Positions 1 to 11,286 of a DNA stretch of 64,000 nt are shown in pieces; positions within the stretch are counted from its first letter, which is position 1; every line of letters begins with the position of its first letter. The stretch lies in NCBI GenBank assembly GCA_026196955.1, contig JAPHTO010000060.1, positions 18,425 through 82,424 on the forward strand, given 5' to 3'. A program made the translations under genes and the position numbers. Source of the DNA: Colwellia sp. GTDB taxonomy: Bacteria; Pseudomonadota; Gammaproteobacteria; Enterobacterales; Alteromonadaceae. The notes beneath the pieces were generated by a model, which saw nothing but the letters and a program-made list of their open reading frames with translations, had not been told where the DNA came from and searched no databases.

Positions 1-524
1 CCTTGACGCACTAGCACTTGTGTCTCTGCTGACGATTGACCTGTTGAATGTAATGCTATAACGCTCCATTGCTCAGACATCAACGGCATGGCTAAGACAT
101 CAACATACATGGTTTTTGTCTTAATATCAGCATCTGCTAACCACGACTGCCAACGCTGCATTTGGCTATGTTCAACAATAGCCACAAAACAATTATTACC
201 GGCACTATCATCTTGGTGATCAGCATAAGCAAAAAACAGCTGTTCAACATCTTGCGCCAGTTCATCTTCAAGCATATAAGGTACTGCTGAGCGCATAGCA
301 CGTTGAGATTTAGTCGGCACGGCTAATTGTTTTAAGATAACATCACTGCCAGGTACAAAAATTTCAACCACACGTTGAGATGCCTTTTCTGTTAGCGTTG
401 TTAACTGCTCTGCATTAGCCAACACACCACTAGCAATAATTTCTCGCTCTGTGGCACTAAAAACCAGCCAAGATATTTCATCTTCAGCTTGGCTGCCTAG
501 GCGTATATATAAAGTTTCGGCCAT
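1..524 (-). CDS. gspL: Type II secretion protein GspL, N-terminal part (gene runs off the left edge of the window)
   Basis: Absent from the ORF track because it is truncated. The ATG at 524-522 overlaps the gspK stop (TAATG). My translation MAETLYIRLGSQAEDEISWLVFSATEREIIASGVL... stays open to position 1. It sits directly after gspK in the gsp operon. Confidence 0.7.
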   Translation of the reverse strand, partial: MAETLYIRLGSQAEDEISWLVFSATEREIIASGVLANAEQLTTLTEKASQRVVEIFVPGSDVILKQLAVPTKSQRAMRSAVPYMLEDELAQDVEQLFFAYADHQDDSAGNNCFVAIVEHSQMQRWQSWLADADIKTKTMYVDVLAMPLMSEQWSVIALHSTGQSSAETQVLVRQ

Positions 525-1636
525 TAATTGCGTCCTATGGTGCGACTGATCACATCAATATATTTATTATTGGTTATTTTCATTACTGAGTTAAAAGCAA
601 AAAAACTGTTATTAAAGTTAGCACTGGCTTTTAGTGTAAAGTATTCACTATCAACTACAAACTGATCTTTTTTACTATCACTATTTTTGATCCTAGTAAA
701 CTCGGGTAAAGTGTATAAATCGTCTATCGTTTCAAACCCTTCTTCGCCACGAGCACTCAGTATTTGTTGCGCTTCATCTGGCGTTGAGTCTAAAAGTGCT
801 TGCAGTAACTCAGGTTGTTCAGCATTTAAAGTATTAATGTTTATTTTATGCATATCACTAGCAGGAAGTATACACACATATGGCTTGATGGCTTCAATTA
901 CCGCAGGGGTAAAGTGTTCGATAATGCGCAATTCATTAATGCTAGCCAGATAATTATTTGCTGCTAGATAAGGAAACTCACGCGAGGCATAATCATCATC
1001 TTCTGCGCCCCCGGCACTACTGATACGATCGTCTTCATCTAACCAGTCCGTTAGCGCATCAGCCATAGACTCTGCTTCAAATTGTGAAATGCCTTCAATG
1101 TGTAAATTTATTAATAATGTTTCTAATGCCAACCTAGCTGGAACTTTATTGTTTCTGCCATTAGCATTGCCAGCATTGCTATTACTCCCTTTGCTGTTTT
1201 GTGAACCATCGCCGCTACTATTGTCATTGCCTGCATTGTTACTGCCACTTCCACTGCCAGAATTATTATTATTGTTACCCAAAGGTGCCCGTAATGCATT
1301 TAAATTAAGACAACTTTGTAAATCGGTAATTTCACCAGTGATCTGACCAAAATCAACGGGGTATGTCGTCTCACCTTGCGCCCAAATTTGCCCTAGATGG
1401 GTAACATCTTCATCTTCTTTAAACGCGGTAATTAACACTCTCTTGGTAAACGCTTCTGCCCCCATGGCATACCAGTAAGCCTGCTGGTTAAAACTAATAT
1501 TAGTACTGCGCTGCATTTGCATTTGCAAACGACTAGTCATTTGAGTGGCTATTACCACACACATGGCGACGATGAGCATAACCGTAATTAATGCAACACC
1601 TTGCTGCTTTTTATGATGAATACGTGGCGTTATCAT
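524..1636 (-). CDS. gspK: Type II secretion minor pseudopilin GspK
   Basis: N-terminal hydrophobic segment QQGVALITVMLIVAM, ~370 aa, and position between gspJ and gspL. It contains an unusual N/G/S-rich insert. Confidence 0.85.
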   Translation of the reverse strand: MITPRIHHKKQQGVALITVMLIVAMCVVIATQMTSRLQMQMQRSTNISFNQQAYWYAMGAEAFTKRVLITAFKEDEDVTHLGQIWAQGETTYPVDFGQITGEITDLQSCLNLNALRAPLGNNNNNSGSGSGSNNAGNDNSSGDGSQNSKGSNSNAGNANGRNNKVPARLALETLLINLHIEGISQFEAESMADALTDWLDEDDRISSAGGAEDDDYASREFPYLAANNYLASINELRIIEHFTPAVIEAIKPYVCILPASDMHKININTLNAEQPELLQALLDSTPDEAQQILSARGEEGFETIDDLYTLPEFTRIKNSDSKKDQFVVDSEYFTLKASANFNNSFFAFNSVMKITNNKYIDVISRTIGRN

Positions 1637-1645
1637 GCTGGTGCC

Positions 1646-2293
1646 TTAATCTTTTTTCGTCGCACTGTTGTCAACTCCCGGCACTAAAAACTGACGGCGT
1701 ATGACCCCATAATCGATTGTCTCTATCTCAACAGCAATAGCGAGTGGTAAGTCATTTTCTACCCATTTTTCTTGCCATTTTTTCCCATCGTAATATTCAA
1801 AAACAATACTCGTGACATCAGAAATTAATGGACGTACTTTCGGCTCTTCACCAACGACAGCATCAACAAAGTTAAAATGAAGCCGTTGCAAGGTTTCCTC
1901 ACTTAGCTGATAAGCAACCGCCTGCATATCACTGCGAGGTAATAATAACCCTGGATTTGTCCATCCATGTCTAACAAAGCCAATTGCTTGCTCACCATCA
2001 ACAACATCTGTTGCCGTTTGCAAAAAACGCTCTGATGGTTTTTCACCATTAAGGCGCGCACTTCGTCGTGCTAATTGCGTAATATCTCGCTCAATAATTA
2101 AGAATGCTCGCTGTAATTCATTTTGACGTTTACTGCTAACTTGAGCCTTTTCATCTCCTTTGATAACAGAATCAAAGATAGTAAAACTTGATAAGCTGAT
2201 CACCGAAAAAATAGCGATAGCAATTAACACCTCTAATAAAGTAAAGCCTTGGTTGTTCGAACTTTTAGCATAGGAAAATGGCTGAACTGTCAT
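1646..2293 (-). CDS. gspJ: Type II secretion minor pseudopilin GspJ
   Basis: Prepilin motif QGFTLLEVLIAIAIF; size and operon position fit. Confidence 0.85.
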   Translation of the reverse strand: MTVQPFSYAKSSNNQGFTLLEVLIAIAIFSVISLSSFTIFDSVIKGDEKAQVSSKRQNELQRAFLIIERDITQLARRSARLNGEKPSERFLQTATDVVDGEQAIGFVRHGWTNPGLLLPRSDMQAVAYQLSEETLQRLHFNFVDAVVGEEPKVRPLISDVTSIVFEYYDGKKWQEKWVENDLPLAIAVEIETIDYGVIRRQFLVPGVDNSATKKD

Positions 2294-2676
2294 TATTGTT
2301 CAACCTTAGAGACATAGGTAGTTAAACTACTCAGCGGTAGCTTTTCATCTTCATCTAAACGCACTTCCACAACAATAGCGCGCATATCTTTATCTGTAGT
2401 TTTAATTACTTTTTGATGCCAAAACCACTGCCTTCCCGCCAGCTCAACATCACCTTTAGCATTATTTTTAGGTGGCCATTTTTGTTCTAAATTAGCCGCA
2501 ACTAACTGATTAGAGGCCACCCAGTTAGCAAACATTTTATTTTCAAGATGCCCCATATTGCGAGCATTATTACTGGCAGCGCTTAGTAAAGCGAGACCAG
2601 CAATCGCAAAAACGGCCATGGCAAGCATCACTTCAATCAGGGTAAAACCACGCGTCAAAGAGGAATTACTCATCAT
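2293..2676 (-). CDS. gspI: Type II secretion minor pseudopilin GspI
   Basis: Prepilin motif RGFTLIEVMLAMAVF, 127 aa, operon position. Confidence 0.85.
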   Translation of the reverse strand: MMSNSSLTRGFTLIEVMLAMAVFAIAGLALLSAASNNARNMGHLENKMFANWVASNQLVAANLEQKWPPKNNAKGDVELAGRQWFWHQKVIKTTDKDMRAIVVEVRLDEDEKLPLSSLTTYVSKVEQ

Positions 2677-3385
2677 CTAACACCGGGCCTTCAATCGTTA
2701 GCGGAGTAGCGTATATGCCTGTAACACGATAAGCTAAGTCAGATAAATCATCGTAGAGAGAAGCTTGCTCACTAAAATGAAAGGTCAAACTAAATGGGGT
2801 GATATCACCGCCCGATAAAATATACACTTGTGGAATGATTTTTTGCTCTTTTTTTGCTTCAATATCATCGAAAGACAAGTACTCATTAGACTGCTCGGTA
2901 AAAACCGAAGAATCAAACAACAATGGCTCGTCAATGGGTAGATCATCAAGCGCTAAAGTCAGCTCGACACCTTCGGGAAGCTCTTGTACTGATAGCCATG
3001 TTTGCTCGGGGATTTCACTCCACTTGACGCCATCATAACCAAAGAATTGATAAGTATTATCTTTAACGAATAAACCAAGCTCAACATTATTGAGCAAGCC
3101 ATAATTAGCAGCGCTTTCAAAAATTCCGACAAAACGGAAGCTCACTTCTTTTAAAGTATCTTCAGGGCGCTTACCTGAAAAAGTAAACTGCACCATGGTC
3201 GCTATAATACCAATTAAGGCAATCACCACCATCACTTCAATGAGTGTGAAGCCTTTGGATTTTGCTGAGGGCCGATGGTGACTTTTCATGGACATTTTGC
3301 TCGATAGTATCAGTTTAAAGTATGGTTCTCCTTTAAGCTGTAGAGCTGAATTTAAAGAAAAAGGTACGGAGTTGACGGTAGTCAA
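2666..3385 (-). CDS. gspH: Type II secretion minor pseudopilin GspH (true start probably ATG at 3295 or 3289)
   Basis: Prepilin motif KGFTLIEVMVVIALIG lies about 45 aa into the tracked ORF. The internal Met31/Met33 (MSMKSHHRPSAKSKGFTLIE) would give a normal leader length. Confidence 0.8.
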   Translation of the reverse strand: MTTVNSVPFSLNSALQLKGEPYFKLILSSKMSMKSHHRPSAKSKGFTLIEVMVVIALIGIIATMVQFTFSGKRPEDTLKEVSFRFVGIFESAANYGLLNNVELGLFVKDNTYQFFGYDGVKWSEIPEQTWLSVQELPEGVELTLALDDLPIDEPLLFDSSVFTEQSNEYLSFDDIEAKKEQKIIPQVYILSGGDITPFSLTFHFSEQASLYDDLSDLAYRVTGIYATPLTIEGPVLDDE

Positions 3386-3437
3386 TGAGTACTTTTGCCG
3401 CCTAAATTACGCTTTACAGTAACAAGGTGAATTTTTA

Positions 3438-3884
3438 CTACTGGTAGTCGCCTAAATTCCAATTACCAATATCATCTTCAGTACCTACTTCACCATCTGG
3501 CCCTGCGGTAAAGACATCCATTTTGCCATGCTCACCTGGGTTTAATAAATAATACTCACCACCCCAAGGATCTTTAGGTAAACGCTTAACGTAGCCATCT
3601 TCTTGAAAACGACGAGGTAAAGGCTCAACATCGGTTTCTTCAACTAGGGCTTCTAAGCCCTGATCTGTGGTAGGGTAATCATAATTATCTAATTTATACA
3701 TATTTAACGAGTTTTCTAAGGCGGTGATGTCAGATACGGCTTTTTGCATATTGGCTCGTTCTTGACTTCCCATAAGATTTGGCACCACCATGCTAGCTAA
3801 AATACCTAGAATAACAATAACCACCATCACTTCTAACAGGGTAAAACCTTGAACTCTTTTACTGTTTAACTTCGCTTTATTCAT
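3438..3884 (-). CDS. gspG: Type II secretion major pseudopilin GspG
   Basis: QGFTLLEVMVVIVILGILA prepilin N-terminus, 148 aa, with conserved GspG-like C-terminal region (DPWGGEYYLL). Confidence 0.95.
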   Translation of the reverse strand: MNKAKLNSKRVQGFTLLEVMVVIVILGILASMVVPNLMGSQERANMQKAVSDITALENSLNMYKLDNYDYPTTDQGLEALVEETDVEPLPRRFQEDGYVKRLPKDPWGGEYYLLNPGEHGKMDVFTAGPDGEVGTEDDIGNWNLGDYQ

Positions 3885-3973
3885 TTTACTTTCCTAACTA
3901 CTTATCTAAATTCATTAACACTTATTCGATTGTCTCTATTACAGAGCCAAATCTAGAAGGACGAATATCGGCG

Positions 3974-5224
3974 TTAACCACCAACCAGGGTATTTAACTG
4001 TAAAATCGGCTCTAAAATGGCAACCACTATAAATAATACGATCCCCGCCATTACCACCATTAATGCAGGCTCAAAAGCTTTTAATGAAATATTCACCAAG
4101 GCTTCAAACTCTCTATCTTGGTTGTCTGCCGCTCGACCTAGCATATGCTCAAGTTGACCACTTTTCTCACCGCTGGCGATCATGTGCAGCATCATAGGTG
4201 GAAACAGTTTTGTTTGCTCTAAGGACATGCGTAAACTCGACCCTTCTCTCACTTTGTCAGCTGCCGCTTTCACTTGTTGCTTAATAAACAGGTTATCAAG
4301 TACTTCACCTGATATCTTCATACTCTCTAGCAAGGGCACAGCACTGGCAGTTAAAATACTCAAGGTTCGAGCAAAGCGCGCCGTGTTTATCCCCTTAGCA
4401 ACTTTTCCAATCCCCGGCAGCGCAATAACACGCTGATGATAAGCTAGTTGAAATGCCGGCTTTTTTATCAATTGAGAAAATAATAGCACTATGGCTGCAA
4501 TTATCAGTACCAACACTAGACCATAGGCCTGCAAAAACTCACTACTCGCAATTAAGAATTGGGTAGTTGAGGGTAAATTTTCACCCATGTGTTCAAATTG
4601 ACCGACAATTTGTGGGACAACTTTCGTTAATAGTATTGCGATTACGCCCACCGCAACGACCGTCATAATAATAGGGTATACCAAGGCTTGAATGAGCTGC
4701 GAGCGCATTTGTTCTCGTTGCTCTGTATAATCTGCTAATCGATTCAATACTTTATCTAAATGACCTGATTTTTCACCGGCAGCAACCATAGCACGATATA
4801 AACGATTAAAAACTTTCGGAAATTCAGCCATGCTCTCAGCTAAACCATAACCTTCAGTGACCTTGGTACGCACCCCCATGATCATGCTTTTAATACGATT
4901 TTTTTCGCCTTGCTCTGCCACTGCCATAAGTGACTCTTCAAGCGGTAAACCCGATTCAACCAGAGTGGCTAATTGGCGTGTGATCAAGGCTAATTCAGCA
5001 GCAGAGATTTTGCCCTGATTTCCTCTACTAGCAGCACGAATAGTACTTTTACCAGCCACTTTGCCTGAGCTAACTTTGTTACTCGCTAATGTGGCGACAA
5101 CTTCTATAGGCATTAAACCTTGATCACGCAGCATGCTACGTACTTGTCTAGGTGTATCTCCTTCAATAACGCCTTTTTTGGTTTTTCCCCGACTGTCTAC
5201 AGCCTGATAATCAAATGCAGCCAT
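3974..5224 (-). CDS. gspF: Type II secretion inner-membrane platform protein GspF
   Basis: 416 aa polytopic protein with the duplicated GspF-type cytoplasmic domains; operon position. Confidence 0.95.
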   Translation of the reverse strand: MAAFDYQAVDSRGKTKKGVIEGDTPRQVRSMLRDQGLMPIEVVATLASNKVSSGKVAGKSTIRAASRGNQGKISAAELALITRQLATLVESGLPLEESLMAVAEQGEKNRIKSMIMGVRTKVTEGYGLAESMAEFPKVFNRLYRAMVAAGEKSGHLDKVLNRLADYTEQREQMRSQLIQALVYPIIMTVVAVGVIAILLTKVVPQIVGQFEHMGENLPSTTQFLIASSEFLQAYGLVLVLIIAAIVLLFSQLIKKPAFQLAYHQRVIALPGIGKVAKGINTARFARTLSILTASAVPLLESMKISGEVLDNLFIKQQVKAAADKVREGSSLRMSLEQTKLFPPMMLHMIASGEKSGQLEHMLGRAADNQDREFEALVNISLKAFEPALMVVMAGIVLFIVVAILEPILQLNTLVGG

Positions 5225-6798
5225 TAATCTTCTCGTGTGACCCGCAAGACTTCTTCAAGTGTTGTTTGTCCGGTCATAACTTTATCAAAACCATCACGGC
5301 GTATAGAGGCCGTATTTTGACGGATATATTTTTCAATCGCTTGTTCACCATGGCCGTTATGAATAATCTCTCTCACTTTATCATCAACCACTAACAGCTC
5401 ATGAATCCCTGTACGGCCTTTATAGCCTTTAAAGTTACATTCTGAGCAGCCAACAGCGCGGTAAATCTTCTGCTTATTATCGCTAGGTAAACCTAACAAG
5501 GTACGCTCTTCTTCATCGGGCAGATGACTTTCTCGACAATGCGGACAAAGAGTACGCACTAAACGCTGTGCCAATACACCTAATAAACTAGACGATAATA
5601 AAAATGGCTCAACCCCCATATCTTCCATACGGGTAATTGCCCCAGCAGCAGTATTAGTATGTAAGGTTGATAACACTAAGTGACCGGTAAGACTAGCTTG
5701 TACGCCAATTTGTGCGGTTTCTAAATCACGAATTTCACCCACCATCACCACATCGGGATCTTGTCGTAAAATAGCCCGTAAACCACGAGCAAAGGTCATA
5801 TCAACCTTGGTATTAACCTGTGTTTGCCCGATCCCTTCAATTGCGTATTCAATGGGATCTTCTACCGTGAGAATATTGCGCTCTTTGGCATCAATTTGCG
5901 TCAACCCTGCATACAAAGTAGTACTTTTACCCGAGCCCGTAGGGCCTGTAACTAGAATAATGCCGTGAGGCTTATCAATTAACTGACTAAAAGAGTGACG
6001 ATTAACATCTGTCATTCCAAGGTCTTCAAGATCTAATCGAGCCGAATTTTTATCTAGCAAACGCAATACCACTCGTTCACCATGACCCGTTGGCATTGTC
6101 GATACACGCACATCAACCGCTCGCCCACCAATACGTAGTGAAATACGGCCATCTTGTGGAATGCGTTTTTCAGCAATATCGAGTTTTGCCATAACCTTAA
6201 TACGTGAAACCAACAAAGAGGCTAGTTTACGATTTGGCTTTAATACTTCTCGCAAAACTCCATCGACACGAAAACGTATTTGCAACGCATTTTCAAAGGT
6301 TTCAATATGGATATCACTGGCGGTTTCTTTAATCGCTTCACTGAGCATGGCATTGATCAGCTTAATGATTGGCGCATCATCTTCGTTTTCAAGTAAATCT
6401 TCACTTTCAACCATTTCATCAGCAAGCGAATATAGATCCACTTCATTACCAATATCTTCCATCATTTGCTGTGCTTCAGATGAGTCACGTTGATACGCGT
6501 CAGTAAGAAGAAGTTCAAATGAAGTTGCATCCTGGACATCAAAACTAAAAGGCGCTTTAATAATTCGGCGCACTTCAATGATAGTGTCTAAGCTGATGTC
6601 TGCTAAACAATGCAAAACATAACCGTCTTCTTGCTGACTTAAAAGCACACTAAAACGCTTGGCAAAGGCAAAAGGTAAACGCCAAGCGGTTGAGCTAAGC
6701 GCTTGTTCATCTTCTATTAAAGCCTGCTTTTTGACTGGCGCTATTGATTGTTCGCTATCTTGTTCTGTGTTTAACTGATCAGCATCTAAATCAGCCAT
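5224..6798 (-). CDS. gspE: Type II secretion ATPase GspE
   Basis: Walker [10 protein letters not shown], the secretion-ATPase Asp/His boxes, and a tetracysteine CPHC...CSEC motif. Confidence 0.95.
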   Translation of the reverse strand: MADLDADQLNTEQDSEQSIAPVKKQALIEDEQALSSTAWRLPFAFAKRFSVLLSQQEDGYVLHCLADISLDTIIEVRRIIKAPFSFDVQDATSFELLLTDAYQRDSSEAQQMMEDIGNEVDLYSLADEMVESEDLLENEDDAPIIKLINAMLSEAIKETASDIHIETFENALQIRFRVDGVLREVLKPNRKLASLLVSRIKVMAKLDIAEKRIPQDGRISLRIGGRAVDVRVSTMPTGHGERVVLRLLDKNSARLDLEDLGMTDVNRHSFSQLIDKPHGIILVTGPTGSGKSTTLYAGLTQIDAKERNILTVEDPIEYAIEGIGQTQVNTKVDMTFARGLRAILRQDPDVVMVGEIRDLETAQIGVQASLTGHLVLSTLHTNTAAGAITRMEDMGVEPFLLSSSLLGVLAQRLVRTLCPHCRESHLPDEEERTLLGLPSDNKQKIYRAVGCSECNFKGYKGRTGIHELLVVDDKVREIIHNGHGEQAIEKYIRQNTASIRRDGFDKVMTGQTTLEEVLRVTRED

Positions 6799-8930
6799 TA
6801 GTTGTTATTCTCGTCTAATAGTTCTTGTTTCGCTTTCGTATCTTTGTCTTCTGCTTTTGATTTTTGGTAATCATCAAAAGAGGGTGGCAGTGATAGATCA
6901 TCATTCCATTCAGGTAAAATAGGTAAGACATCACTACTCATCAGTGACAAACCTTCTTCTTGCTTGCGTAGTTCATCAGCACGAATAAAGTTATATTTTT
7001 CCTTCGCCATGGTATTCATCACATTAGCATCGGTAATAATTGTGGGACGTAAAAATACCATTAAATTACGCTTACGGGTGCTATTAGAGGTTGATTTGAA
7101 TAAGTGACCAATAATTGGAATATCACCTAGTAGCGGCACTTTTTGCACACTTTCTTGCACATCTTCATCAATCAAACCACCTAAAATAACGGTCGCACCA
7201 TTTTCTACCATGACGGTAGTTTTAATTTCACGTTTATTGATAGAGATATCAACGCCTGTTGCACCACTCACCGAAGAAACTTCTTGTTCGATAGTTAGCT
7301 GTACACCAGTGCCTTCATTGATTTGCGGCGTGACTAATAATTTTATCCCTACCTCTTGTCTGTCTACCGTTTGGAAAGGGTTAGAGTTATTACTACCGGT
7401 TTGTGAGCCAGTGATAATAGGCACTTCTTGACCCACTAAGAAATAGGCTTCTTCATTATCTAGTGTTGTAATGCTCGGTGTTGCCAAAATATTAGAATTA
7501 GTATCAGAGCTAACCGCTTGCACAATAGCGCCCCAATCATTTTCCATAATACCAAACATGCCACCGCTAACGGTACCAAGCAATTGTGCCAATAGAGTAT
7601 AATCACCTCGAGTATCTGGGTTTGTCGTTGTAACAGGGTTACCATTTGAATCGATAGTAGTTACTGAGTTCCCCTCTTCACCTTCAGCAGATATTGCTGC
7701 TGCAGCAACAGAAGAGATAGGCGCTGGACCGTTGGTAAATTGGGTAAAGCCACCCGCCTCACTGTACCATTGCACGCCAAGTTGTACGCCGTCGGTTTCA
7801 AAAACTTCAACAATAATAGCTTCGATATGCACTTGTGCACGCGGTACATCAAGTTGTCGAATCACTGACTCAAGTGAGCGGAGCATATCGGGTTGGCCAG
7901 TAATCACTAAGGTATTGGTTGATTCATGAGCTTCGATACTGGTATCAGTTTTTGACTTGCTTCGCGTTTTGGATGTTGTTGACTTTTCTTCTGAGGCAAT
8001 GGTTTTACTGACGCCATCAAGTACTTTAACTAAATCATCTGCTTTCGCATATTTTAAGTAGTAAATTCGGGTATTACCGCTGGTTTCTAATTCACTATCA
8101 AGACGCTTAACTAAACGACTAACACGTTCGCGTGCTTGAATTTCACCGCTAACAATAACGCTATTTGAGCGATCATCCGCCACTATTTTTGGTATTAAAA
8201 AGGTAGGTTGTCCCGCTTTACCACCACTTGGTTTATTCATGGCTTCAATAATGCGGACTATTTCTCCAGCAGAAGCATATTGTAATTTAATAATTTCAAC
8301 ATCTTGGTCGCCGGCTCTATCAACACGCTCAATAATTTTGACTAAGCGGTTTACCGTTGCGGCTGTACCGGTAAGCATAATAACGTTAGCCGGATCATAG
8401 TTAGTCACATTGCCGCCGCCTGCTTGATCTGATAATTGACGTAGCAATGGCACTAACTCACGGACAGTAACATTTTTCACTTCCACAATTCGAGTCACCA
8501 TTTCGTCGCCAAGTATAGTACTATTACTGCCAACGACAGGAATTGAAGAGGTTTTCGCGTCTTTATTGCGAATGATCTTAATAATGTTGTTATCCATTTC
8601 TACCGCAGCAAATCCGTAGACTTCCAACACATTTAAGAAAAATTGATAATATTGTTCTTCAGAGAGTAAATCATAGCTACGTACGTTCACTTTACCGCGT
8701 ACGTTAGGGTCAACAATCATGGTCTTTTTCAAGTTTTTGCCAACAATATTGACAAACTCCGTCACTTCAGTGCCCTTAAAGTTAGGAGAGTATTGCGCAG
8801 CACTTGCTTGCCCAACAGCAAAAATACCACTAACAATAGCGGCGGTTGCTAGCGCCATGCCAGTTTGTTTGAGTTGCTTAAACAGGTGGAAAAAATGCTT
8901 TACCACTGAAACGTTTAAGGTGGTGCCCAT
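6798..8930 (-). CDS. gspD: Type II secretion outer-membrane secretin GspD
   Basis: 710 aa with a signal peptide, N-domains and a C-terminal secretin domain ([16 protein letters not shown]). Confidence 0.95.
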   Translation of the reverse strand: MGTTLNVSVVKHFFHLFKQLKQTGMALATAAIVSGIFAVGQASAAQYSPNFKGTEVTEFVNIVGKNLKKTMIVDPNVRGKVNVRSYDLLSEEQYYQFFLNVLEVYGFAAVEMDNNIIKIIRNKDAKTSSIPVVGSNSTILGDEMVTRIVEVKNVTVRELVPLLRQLSDQAGGGNVTNYDPANVIMLTGTAATVNRLVKIIERVDRAGDQDVEIIKLQYASAGEIVRIIEAMNKPSGGKAGQPTFLIPKIVADDRSNSVIVSGEIQARERVSRLVKRLDSELETSGNTRIYYLKYAKADDLVKVLDGVSKTIASEEKSTTSKTRSKSKTDTSIEAHESTNTLVITGQPDMLRSLESVIRQLDVPRAQVHIEAIIVEVFETDGVQLGVQWYSEAGGFTQFTNGPAPISSVAAAAISAEGEEGNSVTTIDSNGNPVTTTNPDTRGDYTLLAQLLGTVSGGMFGIMENDWGAIVQAVSSDTNSNILATPSITTLDNEEAYFLVGQEVPIITGSQTGSNNSNPFQTVDRQEVGIKLLVTPQINEGTGVQLTIEQEVSSVSGATGVDISINKREIKTTVMVENGATVILGGLIDEDVQESVQKVPLLGDIPIIGHLFKSTSNSTRKRNLMVFLRPTIITDANVMNTMAKEKYNFIRADELRKQEEGLSLMSSDVLPILPEWNDDLSLPPSFDDYQKSKAEDKDTKAKQELLDENNN

Positions 8931-9006
8931 GAAAAATTCCTTATTGCTTTTTATTTTATAATACTCAAGATTTTATAATGTTTAATATTAATTTTTTACA
9001 CTGTCA

Positions 9007-9957
9007 TTAATCAATACTAAAAAGTATTTCAACTAAATCATTATTGCGATTAACTAATAATGAAATATCACGTTCGGTTTTCAATGCTGACATTGCTTGT
9101 GCGGCCTCTACTGGTGTAAGTAAATCATAACCATTCATTTGCACAGCGACATCGCCTGCTTTTAGCCCTGATAATTTGAAAAACTCAGGATTCTTACCCG
9201 GAGATAAGCGATACCCCACTATTGCACCGTTTTCACGCGCGGGTGAAATACGCAAATAATCGGTGATCTTACCCGGGTTTTCACTAAGATCAGCTCTTAA
9301 TTTAACAGCGCTTTTGCTCAACTCTTTATTTAAACGTTGGTCAACAATATTTTGTTGTTTGGGGCCAATATCAGACATCTTATTTTTACGCTGAGGGGGC
9401 TTATTTTCTACTTCAGTAGCAACAATCCCCTTAGCTGGTTGGTTATAATCTGCCCCATCCAACATTAATGTCTCTAACCGACCTGACTGTTTGATAATTA
9501 CTCGGTCAATTAATACCTGCTCAAGGCTTGCGCGAGTACCTATGATGATATCACCAATACCATAAGTCTCTTGCTTACCCTTGTGTTCAATAATAGCCGC
9601 CGCCGTTTCACTACTATCGCTAGCAACCGCCGCAGATAAAGTTAATTGCAAACGTGTTTGCGGCGCATTTTGCACTTGCTCAACAACTTCTTCTACTTGG
9701 CTATTATATTGGCCAAATAAATTAAGCGCTTGCAGTGCTGATAAATTATAATTACTTGCTGTTTGTTTTTTATAAATTTTACTATGAATAGTCGTGCTAT
9801 TTATTGCTTGCTCTTGCGGCACAAACAGCCAAGTTATTTTCGCCGCTAAAAAAGCAATATAGATGAGTAACAATAAGCTAATCGCCTGTGCTATTTTTTG
9901 TTGCGGTAGTTTTGCCAGCACGGTGGAAAATGATGTCAAATTATTGGTTAAAGCCAT
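9007..9957 (-). CDS. gspC: Type II secretion protein GspC (TM anchor plus PDZ domain)
   Basis: N-terminal TM helix and a C-terminal PDZ-like segment (GYRLSPGKNPEFFKLSGLKAGDVAVQMNG). It is the first gene of the operon. Confidence 0.8.
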   Translation of the reverse strand: MALTNNLTSFSTVLAKLPQQKIAQAISLLLLIYIAFLAAKITWLFVPQEQAINSTTIHSKIYKKQTASNYNLSALQALNLFGQYNSQVEEVVEQVQNAPQTRLQLTLSAAVASDSSETAAAIIEHKGKQETYGIGDIIIGTRASLEQVLIDRVIIKQSGRLETLMLDGADYNQPAKGIVATEVENKPPQRKNKMSDIGPKQQNIVDQRLNKELSKSAVKLRADLSENPGKITDYLRISPARENGAIVGYRLSPGKNPEFFKLSGLKAGDVAVQMNGYDLLTPVEAAQAMSALKTERDISLLVNRNNDLVEILFSID

Positions 9958-10226
9958 TTAGTTTTCAGCTATTTTATTTTAGTTATTTAAGTCTACTATA
10001 GTTAGCAGCTAGTAATTGTGCAAAGTCATATAAAGGGTTAATAATCTGTTAACTCAACAGTGCAAGTTATCGATAATACTTGACCCTAAGCTTAGCAACA
10101 AGCAATGAACTGAATTTTTATCTATTATTTATAAAACAGCAGGTAGTTATTTGTATATTGTGTTATTTTTTAACGCTATTTACTTATCTCACTTTAGCAA
10201 TCAACTTTCGAAAAAGTCACTCTACT

Positions 10227-10640
10227 ATGGCCACTGAAAACAAAAAAAGTTCAACCAATTTAACCTCAACCCGTTTAGATAAGTGGCTGTGGGCAGCACG
10301 CTTTTATAAAACCCGCGCTATTGCCAAACAAATGATTGACGGTGGTAAAGTGTTTTATAATGGCCAACGCTCCAAATCCGGCAAAGCGGTTGTCATTGGC
10401 GATATGATAAAAATCAGGCAAGGGTTTGATGAGAAAGAAGTTGAAGTGATCGCGCTAGCCGATAGACGCCGTGATGCAACTTTTGCTCAGACACTTTATC
10501 TGGAAACGGATAAAAGCATTAAAATAAGAGCAAAGAATAGCCTAGCCCGAAAACAAGGGATTTTATTAAGCCCAGCTTCTGATACCAAACCCGATAAAAA
10601 ACAACGAAGAAAACTGCGAGAATTTAAAGAGCGCATTTAA
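10227..10640 (+). CDS. hslR: Heat-shock protein 15, ribosome-associated S4-domain protein HslR
   Basis: S4 domain RLDKWLWAARFYKTRAIAKQMIDGGKVFYNGQRSK. I use the ATG at 10227 (137 aa) rather than the TTG-extended tracked ORF at 10080. It lies adjacent to hslO. Confidence 0.85.
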   Translation: MATENKKSSTNLTSTRLDKWLWAARFYKTRAIAKQMIDGGKVFYNGQRSKSGKAVVIGDMIKIRQGFDEKEVEVIALADRRRDATFAQTLYLETDKSIKIRAKNSLARKQGILLSPASDTKPDKKQRRKLREFKERI

Positions 10641-10663
10641 TATCAAACACGGCAGACTTATCT

Positions 10664-11176
10664 TCAATGCTCCATAATTTTATTTGTTAAAGCGGCTACC
10701 TGTGAAGCTTGCACATTATCGACAATGGTTGCAAGTTTGCCCAAGCCACCTTTTACATAGCCTGAGACCTGATAGCGATGAGTAATTTTTGTCTTCCCCT
10801 TACCTACACTATCAAACTTCCAGCTCATACCACCATTAACTCCCATCATTTGTAAAGGGCCCAAACCACCAATCATTCTTATTTCAATACCCGGGACAAC
10901 ATATGACACTGTCATATGAAGGGCTTGGCTCTCACCATCTGTTTCACAAAAACACCCACCTGCTTTAGCATCAATACTCAAATAGGCTGAATTTCCAAAC
11001 CAAGTATGATCATCCTGCCACCATTCTCCTACCCTCAAGAATTGCTGGTAAGCAGTGTTATTGTCTGCATCGACGGTTTTTTCAATTTGAATAATAAAGC
11101 CATTATCACCACTACTCACAACTTCAGCAGCAAGCTCAAATGACAAAAAAGTTAAAAAAAATAAAAACTGTTTCAT
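10664..11176 (-). CDS. Secreted hypothetical protein (SRPBCC/START-like fold is only a guess)
   Basis: 170-aa ORF with a signal-peptide-like N-terminus (MKQFLFFLTFLSFELAA). I recognise no motif with confidence. Confidence 0.5.
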   Translation of the reverse strand: MKQFLFFLTFLSFELAAEVVSSGDNGFIIQIEKTVDADNNTAYQQFLRVGEWWQDDHTWFGNSAYLSIDAKAGGCFCETDGESQALHMTVSYVVPGIEIRMIGGLGPLQMMGVNGGMSWKFDSVGKGKTKITHRYQVSGYVKGGLGKLATIVDNVQASQVAALTNKIMEH

Positions 11177-11286
11177 TTTAGAATCCTACTAGATAAAAAT
11201 TGCCGCTCTTTAGTGTAACAACTATAATAGTCCTTTAATATTTTTAGGTATAGCCATGATATTGGCCAAATACAGGATACAACTTT

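Noticed and set aside
687-8961. Plus-strand ORFs of 60-110 aa inside the gsp genes (687-953, 1089-1346, 2799-3038, 4182-4436, 6161-6493, 7210-7431, 7732-7929, 8719-8961) and the minus-strand alternative frames 7460-7645 and 7661-7852.
   Set aside because: They lie entirely within strongly supported T2SS genes, antisense or out of frame. Their compositions are low-complexity or Leu/Ser-rich, typical of shadow frames, and they have no motifs.
10080-10226. TTG-initiated 49-aa N-terminal extension of hslR in the tracked ORF.
   Set aside because: The extension is hydrophobic and low-complexity, and it is absent from HslR proteins (~133 aa). The ATG at 10227 gives the expected length.
9958-10226. 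Possible sigma32 heat-shock promoter for hslR-hslO (CTTGA at about 10078).
   Set aside because: No convincing CCCCATNT-like -10 element lies at the right spacing, so it is not supportable by eye.
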